The notes: generated by a model not told the origin, from the letters alone. Shown: positions 27,886 to 40,217, counted from the first letter of the whole stretch. The stretch: 52,968 nt of DNA, filler included, from Basidioascus undulatus (GCA_000826855.1; 3 parts of 3 records of this genome joined end to end with filler, not necessarily neighbours in it), one strand, 5' to 3'. Program-made: numbers and translations.

Positions 27886-29724
27886 ATGGCTCCTCGCGCT
27901 CTATACCCCGTTATCGCTCTCTCGGCGGTCGCCGGAGTCCGCGCCCAGACGGCGACGTCCACCGCCTCCAGCTCGACTGCCGCGGCGGCGACCCTACCCA
28001 CCCCCAGTGCGACAATTTGTCCCTGACTGGTTTGTAACTTCGTGAACTCACAATGTCTCTGCGGCAGTTCCCGGCCAGCCGTACCCTCCGTTGACTGAGG
28101 GCTTCTGGTACGACAACGCCGTTTCAGACGATGGCTACGAGGTGAGCATTTTGCGGGGGGGCAATTGAAAGGGGATTGCTCAAGACTGACTACTTTTGAT
28201 ATGACAGACCCTGTACTCTACCACGTGGGACCCGAACAACCTCCCTGACACCTCCCAGCCGGTACGTAGTTCGAATCAGTTGCGTAGCGAGCGCAGCCGA
28301 TCTGACGTCTCGACTTGCAGGGTCAAGCTGGCACCAACCTCTGCACGGAGGACTCCCAAGGCACCTCACAATCAAACTTGTGATTGTGATCCGCACAGAC
28401 TGAGGCATTTTGCATTTGCGTTCACAGATTCCCAGTGCCAGGTCGCTTGGATCAACTCTCGTGAGCGCCGAAGCTTTGCCGTCCACACAGACAAACAGAC
28501 AGCCTTCTAACGGTTATTGTACCACGCAGTCGAGGACTTCTGTCTCTGGTCCGCCCCTGAGCCTGACTCTGCCATCGGCGACATCGAGCGTATCGCGGTC
28601 GCATGGTGCAACAAGCCCGGTCACGGGTGTGTCTTCTTGCCGCTTGCAGTCCCCCTTACCTGCCATGCTGATCTGAGTTATGACAGCACTCGTTTGATCC
28701 CGGACGGCACCATCACTGGCGCCCACTTCGTCGTCACTCCCGACTACGTCCAGATCTCTGGGCAGGGCGAGCTCCGCAACCTGAACATCATCGAGGGCGA
28801 CCAGGGCGGTGAGATGGACCCTCACGGCGCGGATGGTAACGGCAACCCCATCGGCGGTATTGTCTTCACCACCGCCTTCACCGGCGAGGTCGAGCAGGTC
28901 CACGGTGAGTCGCCAAGTCTTTCAGGTCATGAAGGTTGCGCTGACGGCTTCGCATGACAGAATGGTTCGCCTGTCTCACCCAACGCGACCACCTTGTTTT
29001 ACTGACATGTCTTCCACAGGAACAACTTCATGTCGGCGAAGGAGTTCTGTCTCCGCGCGTGCAGGCCTGGCCCGATGGCTGCCGTCTGGTGCGAGCACAT
29101 CTACGACGTCGAGGGTAGGTCGTTTCCCTTTCCGCAGAGATTTTTTTTGCTGACAACTGCCCCCCTCACTTAGGCTGCTGGTGTAAACTTGTCCTTGTAC
29201 CTCAGTCTGGAGAGTCTTCTGACAGCTGCTCTTCTCTAATCAGGGAACCACCCGGGCAACTACTCGACAGGCTTCGACCAGTGTGAGGCCGACTCTGGCG
29301 AGCCCGCTGGCCTGTACGTCTCTTCAAGCACATTTATAATTACGGGACGTCACTCATGGAGCTCTTCTCTTGTAGTTACCCCGTGACCGTCGACGGCGAG
29401 GTCGTTACCTCTACCTTCCTCCGCGCCCGTGACCCGCTCCCCACTGCCCGCCCCGCTCCGCCCCGGAGCCAGTGCCAGGAGATCACCACCTTCTCTGCGG
29501 TCGGCGTTGAGCCCTCCGTTGCACCTCCTTCCGCCACCGGCGGGTCCGGCTCGCCGGCCGGCATGCCCCCGCGCGTCATTCCCTCCGGCACCAACAACGG
29601 CGCCGCCACACGCGATGCTGAGGGGGCCAGCGCCGAGCCTACCTCGGACGCCGTCAAGTTCGGCGCCGCTGGCGTTACGCTTCTGGCGTTCTGCGGCATG
29701 ATTGGGGCTGCGCTCGTTCTCTGA
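27886..29724 (+). CDS. Secreted, probably GPI-anchored mannoprotein of the Cryptococcus MP88 / macrophage-activating glycoprotein family
   Basis: Signal peptide and S/T-rich linker; CQVAWINSLEDFCLW, VAWCNKPGHGTRLIPDGTITG, GGEMDPHGADGNGNPIGG, EWNNFMS..EFC.RAC and CEHIYD..GC; hydrophobic C-terminal GPI-like signal. Confidence 0.88.
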
Positions 29725-31529
29725 TCCACTCCCCTCGGAATCTCCCCTGAAATAACATCATAGCCCTCTTCTCCCGTCTTTCCCCTCTCGTTGCGTTATC
29801 CTCTAGCATTCTTTCGTAACATCGGACTCTCCTTTGGAACTCTATACTCTAGTTAGATTGCATAACTTGCAACCATCGTCACTCGTTTACCCACCGCGCC
29901 CTCGGTGTGCCAATACAATACCTGCCCGGCACTCTCGGGCTGTAGGCTTGAGTGCTTGACTGTGAGAAGTTCAGCATGAAGCCTCAACCTAACATTTGGA
30001 TGTACCTAATTAGTTGGAAAAGCGGCGTATATGACCCTCAGACCGCTAGCGGTTGACGGGGGCTGGCTGTACCACACTGTACCCGTTTCCGGACATGCTC
30101 TCGTTAGCGCGTGCACAAGGAGCACGGGGCATTTCTCGGTCTTATTATTCTCCCATGTCAAACTAGAGCTACGCTGAGGTACAAGGCTTCCAAATCAGGA
30201 CGATCAGGACCGGAAGGTAGAAAAAAAGACAGCTTGCCTCTGGCTCGCGCCTCGGACTGAGACACAGCCGCGACCGTTGCCTTGCAGCATTACCTAGACT
30301 GTCTACCACTGCGGCAAAGCTCAGCCTGGCCAATTTGCTTTATTTTTGCAAATGGCTTGCTCAAGCAAGAACTTCCAGGTTCCAAGGCAATAAGAGCGAC
30401 ATGGATGGTGCAGCGGCAAAGCCATTAATGGCTCATTGATAATGCTCACAGCTTAAAAGGCATGAGAAGCCGACCATGCTGGCATATTGGCTGATTTGTT
30501 TAATCTTTGGGCTTGGTGAGAAATATGCGCCCTGAGAGTGAGTTTGTCAGAAAAAAAGGATAATAGCCATTCAGCATAACCCAAAGAAGACACAAACTTG
30601 CGTGAAGAAACAAGCTTACCTGATTCATGGCCGTCCCTCATTTGGGCCACAAGGGGCGATTGCATGCTTCTTAGCTCTGCGACCCCATGTCCGAGGGCAG
30701 TCACTTGCGGAGGACAACCGGTATGCGCAGCTTTCTGAATATTGTCAGTGTGCTTTGCTACCCACCTTGGTTATGCAAGACCCATAGTTTCCGAGGAAAA
30801 CCGTGCCACATTGCCTGGCCGCAGGCTTGGATAGCATGCCAAAAAGGACCGGATGTCTATTCCTCTGCAGCTTGCTGTGTTCTTGGCCGGTAACAGAGCC
30901 AAAAAGACAACCTGTCGTTCTTGTCGTTTGCCCTGTGCTGACCGCTTTCTGGGCTTCCGAGAGCAAGGAAGGCAACCGGTTCTCTATGTCTGGCTGTGGT
31001 CCAGCCGGTCTGATTCCGGTTGCGAAAAAGACAGCGCTTCCGTTTCTTTGCCACAAAGCTTTTTACCCGGGGTCCGGCGCTTTCCATCCTGTTTCGAACA
31101 AAGTGCAGCTTGCGTCCCCTGTGGCGAGTCTCACTCAGGAAGCTGGATCATCCCCTGCAAGCCTTTTGGCTCCTGCTCGATGTTCTGGCGCAGCCAAGTG
31201 CGTCCCCCGTGACAAAAACCTTGTTCATCTTAGGCAGGGGGTATGGGGCGGCATGAGGACACCGAGAACGGCAGATGTCCATGGGTTGTGGAAGACCTTG
31301 GTACTTGGGAACCTTTGTTGGACATGTATGCATTTGTTCACAAACACCTTACCTCCCTCAAGTTGACTAGCTTTGTGCTTCAGTGGTGTGTGAGCTTGAT
31401 GATGGGGTGAAGCTGACAGAGATCTGAGAGCTCCCTCTTATGATCCTCAGCTCCGCGTCTTCATGATGGAGGTATAGCGCCCGGTCGACAGGAGAGGGAC
31501 CAGGGTAAATGTGCGGCCTAGGGGGCCAA

Positions 31530-32870
31530 CGTGAGTCTCATCTCGGATCCGGCGCCGGCACTCACCCAAGAAGAACTGGGTCAGGTCGTCGCGGTAGGCA
31601 AGGGGGTCTTGACCCGGCGGAATGAGGGCTTCGACATTTGTGCGCGCTGTTCGCGCAAGAGGAAGAGCGAGGACGCCGCGGACAGTCTTGTCGGGGAATG
31701 TGGATGCAGTTGGCCGGGCGACAGAGACAAAGGTATGGGCAATGAGTCCCAGGGTGAGGTCGGCAAGACTCTCTGTCTAAGGGGAAAGGCATCCTGTGAT
31801 GGCGGCTGCGAACTTGGTCTCGCGCGGTAAATCAGCAATGAGCCAAATGACTGCCCATGTCCATACCTGGTCTGTGCTATAGAGTAGAGTCTGGTGCTCG
31901 CGGACATTGCCTGTCCAGAGCCAGACCAGAGAGCCAGTGTACTTGATAAGGGGTCAGATGAAAATCCTGAGGATGGTGAGTCAAGTTACACGTGACAACT
32001 TTTCTCCCTTCATGATACAGTAACAGACCACGGCCTCCATCTTGGTTGTGGCGGTGCCCATCTAGCCCGCCCAATCTAGACTTCCAGCGCACGGGGGAAC
32101 ACCGAGGCACTTGTAGAACGAAACGTTTGGAATAGGCTGCTCATAGAGCGTCATTGTAGAAGTGTCACAGGAGACCACACCGCATTTCTTGATGTTGAAG
32201 CTCATACCATTGCACTCTGCTGAAGACTCTTCTTTACGGAGAAGCTCGACTGCCTTGTCGTAGGTACGCCCGAGGATGGACCTGTCATCTGCAAAAAAGG
32301 AAGTCGAAGCCATGGTTTTGCCATTCTGTGCAAAAGCTGCATCGGCTTCGCGGTTAAAATCTCGTATCAAGGGTCAATGAAGATGTTCAACATATTAGGC
32401 GAGCTTGTGACGACCTTGAGTGAATCCGCGTGTGCGCCGCAACGGGAGGAGGTGTGCCCATTGACAATGAGACTGGCCTGCGCCCCATGCAATACCAACG
32501 CCCATATGATGGAGCGCTACTCGAATGGACCGCCTCGAGTTCAAAGCACTTGGTCCACGTGGGAGGGATCGGGAGAATCACATACTATTGCAAATTCAAG
32601 GCAGATGACGTACAGCTTCTGCCCCCCAGATGTGGATGAGGCAACAACAGCCGCGCTGAAAGCTCGCGTGAACAAGCTGGAGCGAGATTGAGTGATCCAA
32701 GCAGCGGCCACCTCCTGTTAAGAAGCGGTTGGACTCGATATCAAATAGGCGCCGGAACAAGACCGTGAGGGAAGGGGCAGGAGGCTGTCGCATAGAAAGG
32801 GCCATCAGAGGACTTGGGAAGGAGAGCTACTACGCACTCTCCCAAGAGGGTGGGTTTTTAAGCCATTGCC
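31530..32870 (-). mobile_element. Degenerate, 5'-truncated non-LTR (LINE-like) retrotransposon reverse transcriptase
   Basis: Minus-strand remnants lie in order: PSLTVLFRRLFD, SFQRG, SPNMLNIFIDPL, FFADD, GMSFNIKKCGVV and YKCLGVP, matching non-LTR RT motifs. Frameshifts and stops are present; boundaries are approximate. Confidence 0.85.
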
Positions 32871-32993
32871 GTTGAGAGAACGAGGAGCTGGTAGAGCTGG
32901 TGGAGGAAGGGCTGGGGGGGGTTGGAATGAAGACCCGCAAGCTTGTTTGTTCTGTGCCCTCACCGTCGCGCTCCACAGACATGATAGCTCGCC

Positions 32994-33510
32994 ATGGGAC
33001 CCAAGAAGCAGCCGCGAACCTCCAACGACTCTACACATGAAGTCCCTCTCTCACTTCTTGTCAACCGCCTCAGTCGCCCGGGCTGGAAGGTGCATACCTC
33101 GCTCTCGCCGCTCAGGCGCCCAACCCCAGCATTGCGCGCTCCCTGATCGAGGCCGCCCTACCAAACATCCTCAGGGCAGGAGCCCTCGGTGCGGGTCGAG
33201 ACCAAGACTTTCAGGGCTGGCGCGAGCACCGGTGAGCCACGAGTGTGTCGAAGGAGGATGCGCTGGGGCGCTGACTGCGGCTTGTCAGATCTGTTCGACA
33301 CTCTTGGCGAGATCTTCCTGCAGATTGTCGCTACTTGGAGCTCAAAGGTATCCTTACGGTGAGATACGTAACATTGTACCTGGTGTCGCAGAGGGGCTGA
33401 TGGTTTGGCGGGGATGCGTCAGGTCTGCGGACAAGTCTGCAAGAGCTGGAGGGCTGTCGGGACCTCAGGAGCAGGAACGGGAAGATGGCGTCGGATGGAA
33501 CTTTACGGTC
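32994..33510 (+). pseudogene. Frameshifted spliced gene relic with an F-box-like motif
   Basis: Two intron-like segments (GTGAGC..GCTGAC..CAG at about 33232-33288; GTATCC..GCTGAT..CAG at about 33348-33422) join DLFDTLGEIFLQIVATWSSK/VCGQVCKSWRAV. The frame from ATG 32994 needs frameshifts. Confidence 0.45.
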
Positions 33511-33834
33511 TACACCAAAAGCCTCGTGGATGTTTATACCTAGATATCTGCGTGATAGCCTATTTTAAGTAGCAGCTCCCTTTGAGAAGATGCGTGTCTG
33601 CGAGGGCTTACCTCGCGGCCCCAGCGGCCCTCGGGCATTCCTTCGTCCACTTGGCAAGCCTCACGCACTCATCAGACGTACAGGGGGTCTTCAAGTGTTC
33701 GAAAAGGAGCGGGAACACCACAGCGCGGACGGTCGAGCTGACGAGCGAGAACGTCTTGAGCGTCTCTCGGTTGCACATAGCCCCGATAGCGAGTATGAGC
33801 TCGGGCGCAAGGGTGACGAATGGTTTTGGGACAT
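33450..33834 (-). pseudogene. F-box protein fragment
   Basis: FVTLAPELILAIGAMCNRETLKTFSLVSSTVRAVVFPLLFEHL is an F-box-like motif. The nearest ATG (33834) is out of frame. A GTAAGC donor follows and no intact continuation is visible. Confidence 0.55.
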
Positions 33835-34841
33835 GTTGCGCGGCGGTAGACAGTCAGTTGCACGATACAAAGTGAGGCCGTTCTGGAGTTTGACTGCGTC
33901 GGCGGTGAGAATGATGATGGTCGAGAGGAAAGGTCAGTCGTTGCCGGCGCGCGGGTGAAAGGCTGTCTTTAAGGTCTGTGGCCGTATTCCCGTTTCGAAC
34001 ATCACATCGCAGCGTCCCTTTGCCTGCCCTTCCCGGCGTGAGTTGGGACGAGATTAAACACGATAATGAACCCGACGACGTTCGTGTAAACAATCAGTAA
34101 CAATCAAAGTAAGCACAGCTCCCAGAAAGAAGCGTGCCTGTCGACAGCTCAAACTCCTAATAGCCTGACCGACCGAGTTCCACCGAAATTGACCTCTTCA
34201 ACTCATGCGACTGTAGGGAAATGTATAGTGACCCAGATTCACGTGGGACCAGAGGTGGGACAGCAAGGGCAGGACCGCTTTCGAGCCGTGCCTTTCTGCA
34301 TCATGGCAGCCGAGCCTTCGACCATTACCACCACGGCGCGCTCGAAGAGGTCCGGTTCGAAGTCTCTTTCTCAGAACCATACCCGTATGACTCATTATAT
34401 TGCCCGTGGTCATGAGCCCCGAGACCTGGCTCAACCGCAGCGTTGCAAGGAGAGAGAGCACTCGACTGCACTGCGTGACTTCCTAATACCAGCGCCAAGG
34501 CTTTTGCGATCCTCGACCCTCTACCCACGTGCGGGCGTTTGACTGAGAGAAGCAGATGCAAGATGGAGAAGACAGAGCTTCGACTTGCCAGCCCCGGCTG
34601 TTGGCCACCAGAGATACTGTAGATGAGGTTCAGACCCGCTCGTCAACACTCGAGAGGCAGTGGCACCAAGCACCAAGGTACCACTTTGAGCGAGCGAGCT
34701 GTCTTTTGGACGCTGCACATCCACCAAGTAAAGCCTCAATGGAATGCTGAGTGCTCAGGTCCGGCAGGGAGATGTAGGGACCCCCAGACCCATAGACCAG
34801 GAACACTCCGTCTGCGGGCGGTACGCCGAGCAATAGCTGCG

Positions 34842-35286
34842 ATGAATCTATCGCCCACCCCGCTTAGCCCCCCAGTGCCCTCTCCACCCCCTCCCACCGC
34901 CCCACAGTCTCAGTACTCCGCCGCCTCATCCTACAACTCCCCCTACCCGCCGTACCCCCCTGCTCCCGCGCTCTACACCGCCGCCGCCTCGCCCCCCTAC
35001 CCTCCCGGCGCCGCGCCCCCAGCAGGCCCCACGCCCGCACCGGGAGCATGGATGTTCGTCCCCCACTCCAGCCGCCCTCCTCCAGCGGACACCCACTCTG
35101 CGCCGGGCACGTCCCTGCCCCCGCCTGTATCCCAACCCCACCCCCCGCAGCAGCAGCAGCAGCACGTCTACCCCCAGGGCGGGGGGTGGTACGGCGCCAC
35201 GCCGCCTGCGCAGTGTGCCGCACCGTACAACGCTTTAACTCCGTATAACCCTTACGCACCCGCCCCACCCTCCATCGAGCGCCCGC
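34842..35286 (+). CDS. 5' part of a Pro/Tyr/Gln-rich low-complexity protein, truncated by the gap
   Basis: Open frame MNLSPTPLSPPVPSPPPP...PYPPYPPAP...QQQQQHVYPQGGGWYG runs into the N gap. Confidence 0.6.
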
Positions 35287-35386
35287 NNNNNNNNNNNNNN
35301 NNNNNNNNNNNNNNNNNNNNNNNNNNNNNNTTAATTAATTAANNNNNNNNNNNNNNNNNNNNNNNNNNNNNNNNNNNNNNNNNNNN
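35287..35386. other. Assembly gap with artificial linker (44 N + TTAATTAATTAA + 44 N)
   Basis: Same 100-nt structure as 17596-17695. Confidence 0.97.
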
Positions 35387-36010
35387 GAGGAGGACGAGGA
35401 GGACGAGGATGGTGCGGGGTTGGGGAGCGGACGGACAACTCCATGCTCATCCACGGCCGGTTGGCGGTCATCACTTCGTAGCTGCCGACTCAGACTGGTT
35501 AGTTGGGGTGAGCGGCCTTGGACAAGTAGTTCACGCACGAAGCAAGGTCGGCATCGGTTGAGACATACACGACTTTCAGTTTGTGCCGGTACTGCAGCGC
35601 CCATACGCATCAGCCTCGCCACGGTCTCGTATTCCGCCCTTCAATAACGCCCGCACCTTCTCCGCAGCATTGTGCAGATCCTGCCTCTCCCACATCATCG
35701 TTCAGTTCCGGCGCAGCAGACAAACACGTTCAAAGAAGACGCAGCGACTCACCGCATGGAACTCCTTCAGCGCGCTGTACGACCTGCCCCACCCGCTCCC
35801 AAAGTACAGGACGAGGACTTGTGCGTCCCTAAACTCGCCCTCGAGGTTCTCGAGCGGCTCGCGCGCGCCGGGAAGACGCATGCGCAGGCGGCGGAGGAGC
35901 GGGTCCGCGTGCGTGTACAGCTTGCGCGGGAGGTCCGCGGACGGCGACGGCGACGGCGCCGGGGGTTTGGTGTCGGGCGTGAAGGACACGGATGACTTGG
36001 GCTTGGTCAT
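35387..36010 (-). CDS. Thioredoxin-fold nucleoredoxin/tryparedoxin-like protein lacking CxxC; 3' end lost in the gap
   Basis: Spliced: ...VLVLYFGSGWGRSYSALKEFHA/DLHNAAEK/YRHKLKVVYVSTDADLAS/YEVMTANRPWMSME. This fits the LYFxAxW...VVYVSxD...PW pattern of nucleoredoxins. Confidence 0.72.
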
Positions 36011-36469
36011 GGCTGTGGGTTGCGGCGGGGTAAAGAGAGGATGAAGAACAAGAAGAAAGTAGTTGGAGGATGCAGACAAGATGCTGACGCTGACGCTGCT
36101 CGAGGATACAGGGCGCCGGGCGTGGGAATCTCGTCCCTTCCGCCCCAAGTTGCATAATCGGGCGGCACGGCGGCCGGCAGTCGCAGTGAATTTCAATCTA
36201 CGATGTTCTTGAGCTAAACCTGAAAGATGGGATGAAGATGAACAAGTAAGAAAGTGTTCTCGAAAGAATCACCGGCCCGGTAACTCTTATCGAGACGACG
36301 GGCCGGGAACAAGCAGTAGTCTGTCGAACAGTCGATAGCCAGGCTGCGACGACGGCAGCTTGCCTTTCATTCTTAAAAAAGAGACATCTGAGGAGCACAG
36401 TTCCTATTGAAGGAAATGACTCTGCTAAAGCCTACTCCAAAGTGAAAGTTGAATGTTATGGTAGGCTGC

Positions 36470-38300
36470 GAGAAGAGGACCCGCACGTCTTGCTGCCCGA
36501 AGAAACTCCGCCATGCACAGCATCAAACCTCAAGGATCGATAGGTGGAGGCATGTAATTGAAGAGAATTACAGTGTTCTGCTTGTCAGGTTCAAGGCCAA
36601 GCGCTCGACCGACGACTTCACCGCGGGCCCCTCAGGCTGGCGTGAGTTGCCGGTTGCGTTTGGGTCCGCGGGTCCGCAATCAACCTGGGCAATCAGCTAT
36701 CAAATTTTTACTGTCCCACCTGTCTCTTGGGGTTGTATCTTTATCAGGCGCGGGGGCTCCGGTGCGCGGCGCCAGTCGTCGATGACGAGGCGTGGGGGTG
36801 GGCGCTCAATGCGAGTCTCGCGCCCTTGCCGGCTGATGCCCCAACGGCAGACAAGGCTGTTGTCGTTGGGCTTCGGCGGCTCGATGGAGCTAGCGTGGTA
36901 GATGATCTGGAAGTGCTCAAGAGGACGAGCCCGCAATATTTGGTTCGGCCGGAGAAGGAGCTCCTCAGGTTCGGGCTCGTACCCGTCGGTACCGAAGTTG
37001 CTGTCGGACTTGAGCGCGAAGATGACGGAACGCTCGTCGAGCTAGTTCGGCTGGTCAGGGACGCGGATGATGGACTGGCTTAGTGCGTAAAGCGGCGGAG
37101 ACGGAAGTGCTGTTGGTCGTGGTCGTACACCGCGAATACAGCGACCTCGACGAGCAGCTCCTTCTTTTCTGTGAAGCCGTTCTATGTGTAGCGATATGAT
37201 CAGTGCGATGGCAGTTCACGCGTGCGTGCAGATATGCTTACCCTGCCCAGATCGCCTTCGATATTGACCTCTTCAACGATCTCATAGACGTCAACGACCT
37301 GCAAGGACAGCAACCAATGAGCAACAACAAGACGTGATTTGAGTGCGACCCGTCACAGCTCACCTCGACCTCGTCGCCGTCTTGATAGGGGCAGGCGAGT
37401 AAGTTGAGATTGCCCAGGTTGTTTCTGTTCGCATAGCACAATTTCAGTTCGTAAGTCAGAACAATGTCCTGGAGACGCACGATATCGGCTCCACGAATGG
37501 TTTGCGTCCCCTGCAAGAAGACCTCGAGCTCGTCCTCGTTCAGCGACTCGTCGAGCTGTTCCTCCCTCTTCGTCCGTCTCCACGTCGTTTTCGGTCTTGT
37601 CGTTGAGTGCTCCGGTAGCTGAAGTTGAAGTTTAGATCAATGAGGTCCATGAGCGTTGGAGGGTGGGGAAGAACTGCTCGAATCGAGGGTCTCCTCTCCG
37701 CATCCTGCGAAGCTGTGAGGGCCTGTTTCAAAGTTGATCGATGGGATCAAGTGAGATAAAGACGCACAAGATGGCGGTGCAGCCGGACTGATAAGAGGGG
37801 GAGCGGTTGAGGTTCGGACTGGCTAGGGGCACTGTCAAACGGAGGACCTGCGTCAGCGAGAGCGACAAGCGGGTAACAAATCGCGCTAAGTATATACGTA
37901 CAAGGCTTCAACGATGATTTCCCATACTTCACTTCCAGGAACACCGTTTTCGAGATACGGGAAAGAGGCTGTAAATGTCCCTCGCGACTCTCAGCCTCCT
38001 CCGCTGCATCGAGCAGCACCGTTAGATGGCTCACCGCGTCCCGCGTGATCACGGAGACCTTGACCTCGAGAACGCGGAAGTCCTTCGGCGTCTTGAATAT
38101 GTACACAACTTCGTTGAGCTCGTCCGCGAAACGCTCCTTCCCGGAACCATCGAAGAGCCGGAGGAGGTAAGACTCGGCTTCCTCATGGGGCGGCCACGAA
38201 AATGAATCGAACGACCATCGCGCGTAGCGACCACGGACATGACCCGAGGTATCGGGTGTCGGGTGCCCGGTTAGTAAGGGGAGGACGACGGACTTGATAT
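36470..38300 (-). pseudogene. Decayed multi-exon gene; possible BAH-domain / C5 DNA methyltransferase relic
   Basis: Several canonical introns separate exons with frameshifts and in-frame stops: ...YQDGDEVE/VVDVYEIVEE.../...FAVYDHDQQHFRLRRF...LDERSVIF...QILRARPL...SLVCRW, then LSILEV*CCA/GGVSSG near 36540-36490. Pseudogene status is clear; the family call is tentative. Confidence 0.45.
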
Positions 38301-38449
38301 AAGATGGCTGTTTGCCGTTGAGCCGGACTTGACCGCCCCGCGCGTCTTGGACGCGCCCGCAAGGCCAGGCGCTTTCCTTGCCTTCGCACCACGACGTCGT
38401 CCGATCAAGCTCTCCGCCACTACCGCCTGCTCGGGTCCGGACTCGCAAC

Positions 38450-40217
38450 ATGGATCAAGTACGCTTTCACGTCTGCCGCCGCTTTATGATTCTCACAAAT
38501 CCTTGTACTCCCAGGACGCTTTCCGGCAGCTCATCCAGACGCCTCGTCCCGGAACCTCGAGCTCAGCTTCGACGAGCCGAGTTCTCGGCGGTGCGGCACC
38601 TCGCCGTGGCTTTACGGGGGCATCGTCCAAGTTCGTATACTTCTCAACTATCATCGTGCTATGTGCTAATCATTCCACTTTTCTAGGCCCAAGGTAAAGG
38701 AGGAGAAGAAGCCGGCGAACGTATTCAAGCCCAGGAAAGTCAAGAAGGCGGACGACCGGTACCGTGACCGCGCCGCCGAGCGCAGGGGGGGTGTTGCTGG
38801 GGATTTTGCGGACGTAAGTATGCATAGCTTTGGATGTACAGGTACGGTGCTTATAGGATGGTGCGAACAGGCGGAGCAGATGCTGGCGGAGTTCGAGGCC
38901 CGGGCGGCTTCTGGGGATAAGGACGAGGTGCGTATTCTAGTGTTGCTGAGGTCGTATCACCTTTATCTGACGAGGTTTGGCACAGATTGAAAAGCAGCGG
39001 GCGTATCTCGGTGGTGATGCGGAGCATTCTATCCTCGTCAAAGGTGCGCACCGCCACTCTATCTGCGGCTAACTATCCTTCTGAACACGTCATCCTCGCA
39101 GGCCTCGACTACTCGCTTTTGGCGGCGCAGAAGCGCAATCTCGAGCGCGATCAGGAGGACGTCGACGACGAGCTCGAGTCGGCCTTCGCGTCAGCGCCTG
39201 CAGTTGCTGAAGTGACCGCTCCCAAGAAGCGGTCGCGTGACGATGTGCTGCGCGAGCTCAAGGAGCGCCGCGCGGGGTCCGGGACGCCTGCGGCGAATGA
39301 CGAGCTCGAGCGCGCGAAGAAGATGGGCAAGTTCAGGCCAATTGGTTTCAAGGAGGCCACGCCGGCAAAGAGGACGGGCGAGCCGGTCAAGAAGAAGAAG
39401 AAAAAGAAGAACGCTGTCGCTCCTCCGTCCGCGGCAGACGGAACGTCTGCGGCACCCGCTGCTGCCCCCGCACTCGAACCATCTGCACCTGCACCTCCTT
39501 CCTCCATGACTGCTCCCGCCGCCTCTCCCGCCGCTGCCTCTACCGCCAAGCCTTCTCCGTCTCCTCCACGACCCGCGCGCCCTCCCCCGCCACCGAAGCC
39601 GAACCTCGACGACAACATCTTTTCCGACGCAGGCGAATATGTCGGCGCGGACCTCAGCTCGGACGATGAGTCAGACGACGCCGCACCGCGGGCGGACAAA
39701 GGCAAAGGGAGGGCGCGGGACGAATCGCCGGAGGCGCCCGCAGAACCGGCGCGCAAGCGCAACTGGTTCGGCGATGCGCCGTCGCGGTCCCCCTCTCCCC
39801 TGCCTTCCCCGCCGCGTAACGTTGCGACGACTGCTGCGGGGGCCGCAGAGTCTGCGCGTCCTGCGCGTCCTGCGCGGTCGCCGTCGCCGGAGGTACTGCC
39901 AGGGGGACGGCTGCAGGGCTTCGCCTCGAGCGCGCTGCCGAGCGTGCGCGACCTGCTCGAGATGGACAAGCATGCCGAGGCGAGTTATCTACGTTCTTCC
40001 GCCCTGCACTGTTGCTATAGGCTGACTGGGAATCATTGGGTAGGCGGCCGAGAAGCGCAAGGAGCGCAAGGAGGCTTGGAAGAAAAAGCAGGGCATCAAG
40101 CCTGCCGACGGGGAGGCGCCCAGCGAGAAGCCCAAGAAGACCATGAGCGACGCGGCGAAGACCAATCGGGAGTACCAGCAGCTGCAGTCCTACATGTCGA
40201 AACGGGGCGGGCTCTAA
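38450..40217 (+). CDS. RED-like (IK/RED N-terminal domain) spliceosome-associated protein
   Basis: MDQ/DAFRQLIQTPR...YRDRAAERR...AYLGGDAEHSILVK/GLDYSLL...DDNIFSDAGEY matches the RED_N signature. Ends at TAA 40217. Confidence 0.88.

Noticed and set aside
27886..29724. MP88-like gene as a third member of the LGK cluster
   Set aside because: It belongs to a widespread basidiomycete surface protein family; only adjacency links it.
39151..39969. Long antisense ORFs (also 12586-13416, 42382-43329, 48769-49474)
   Set aside because: They are shadows of GC-rich coding sequence on the opposite strand.
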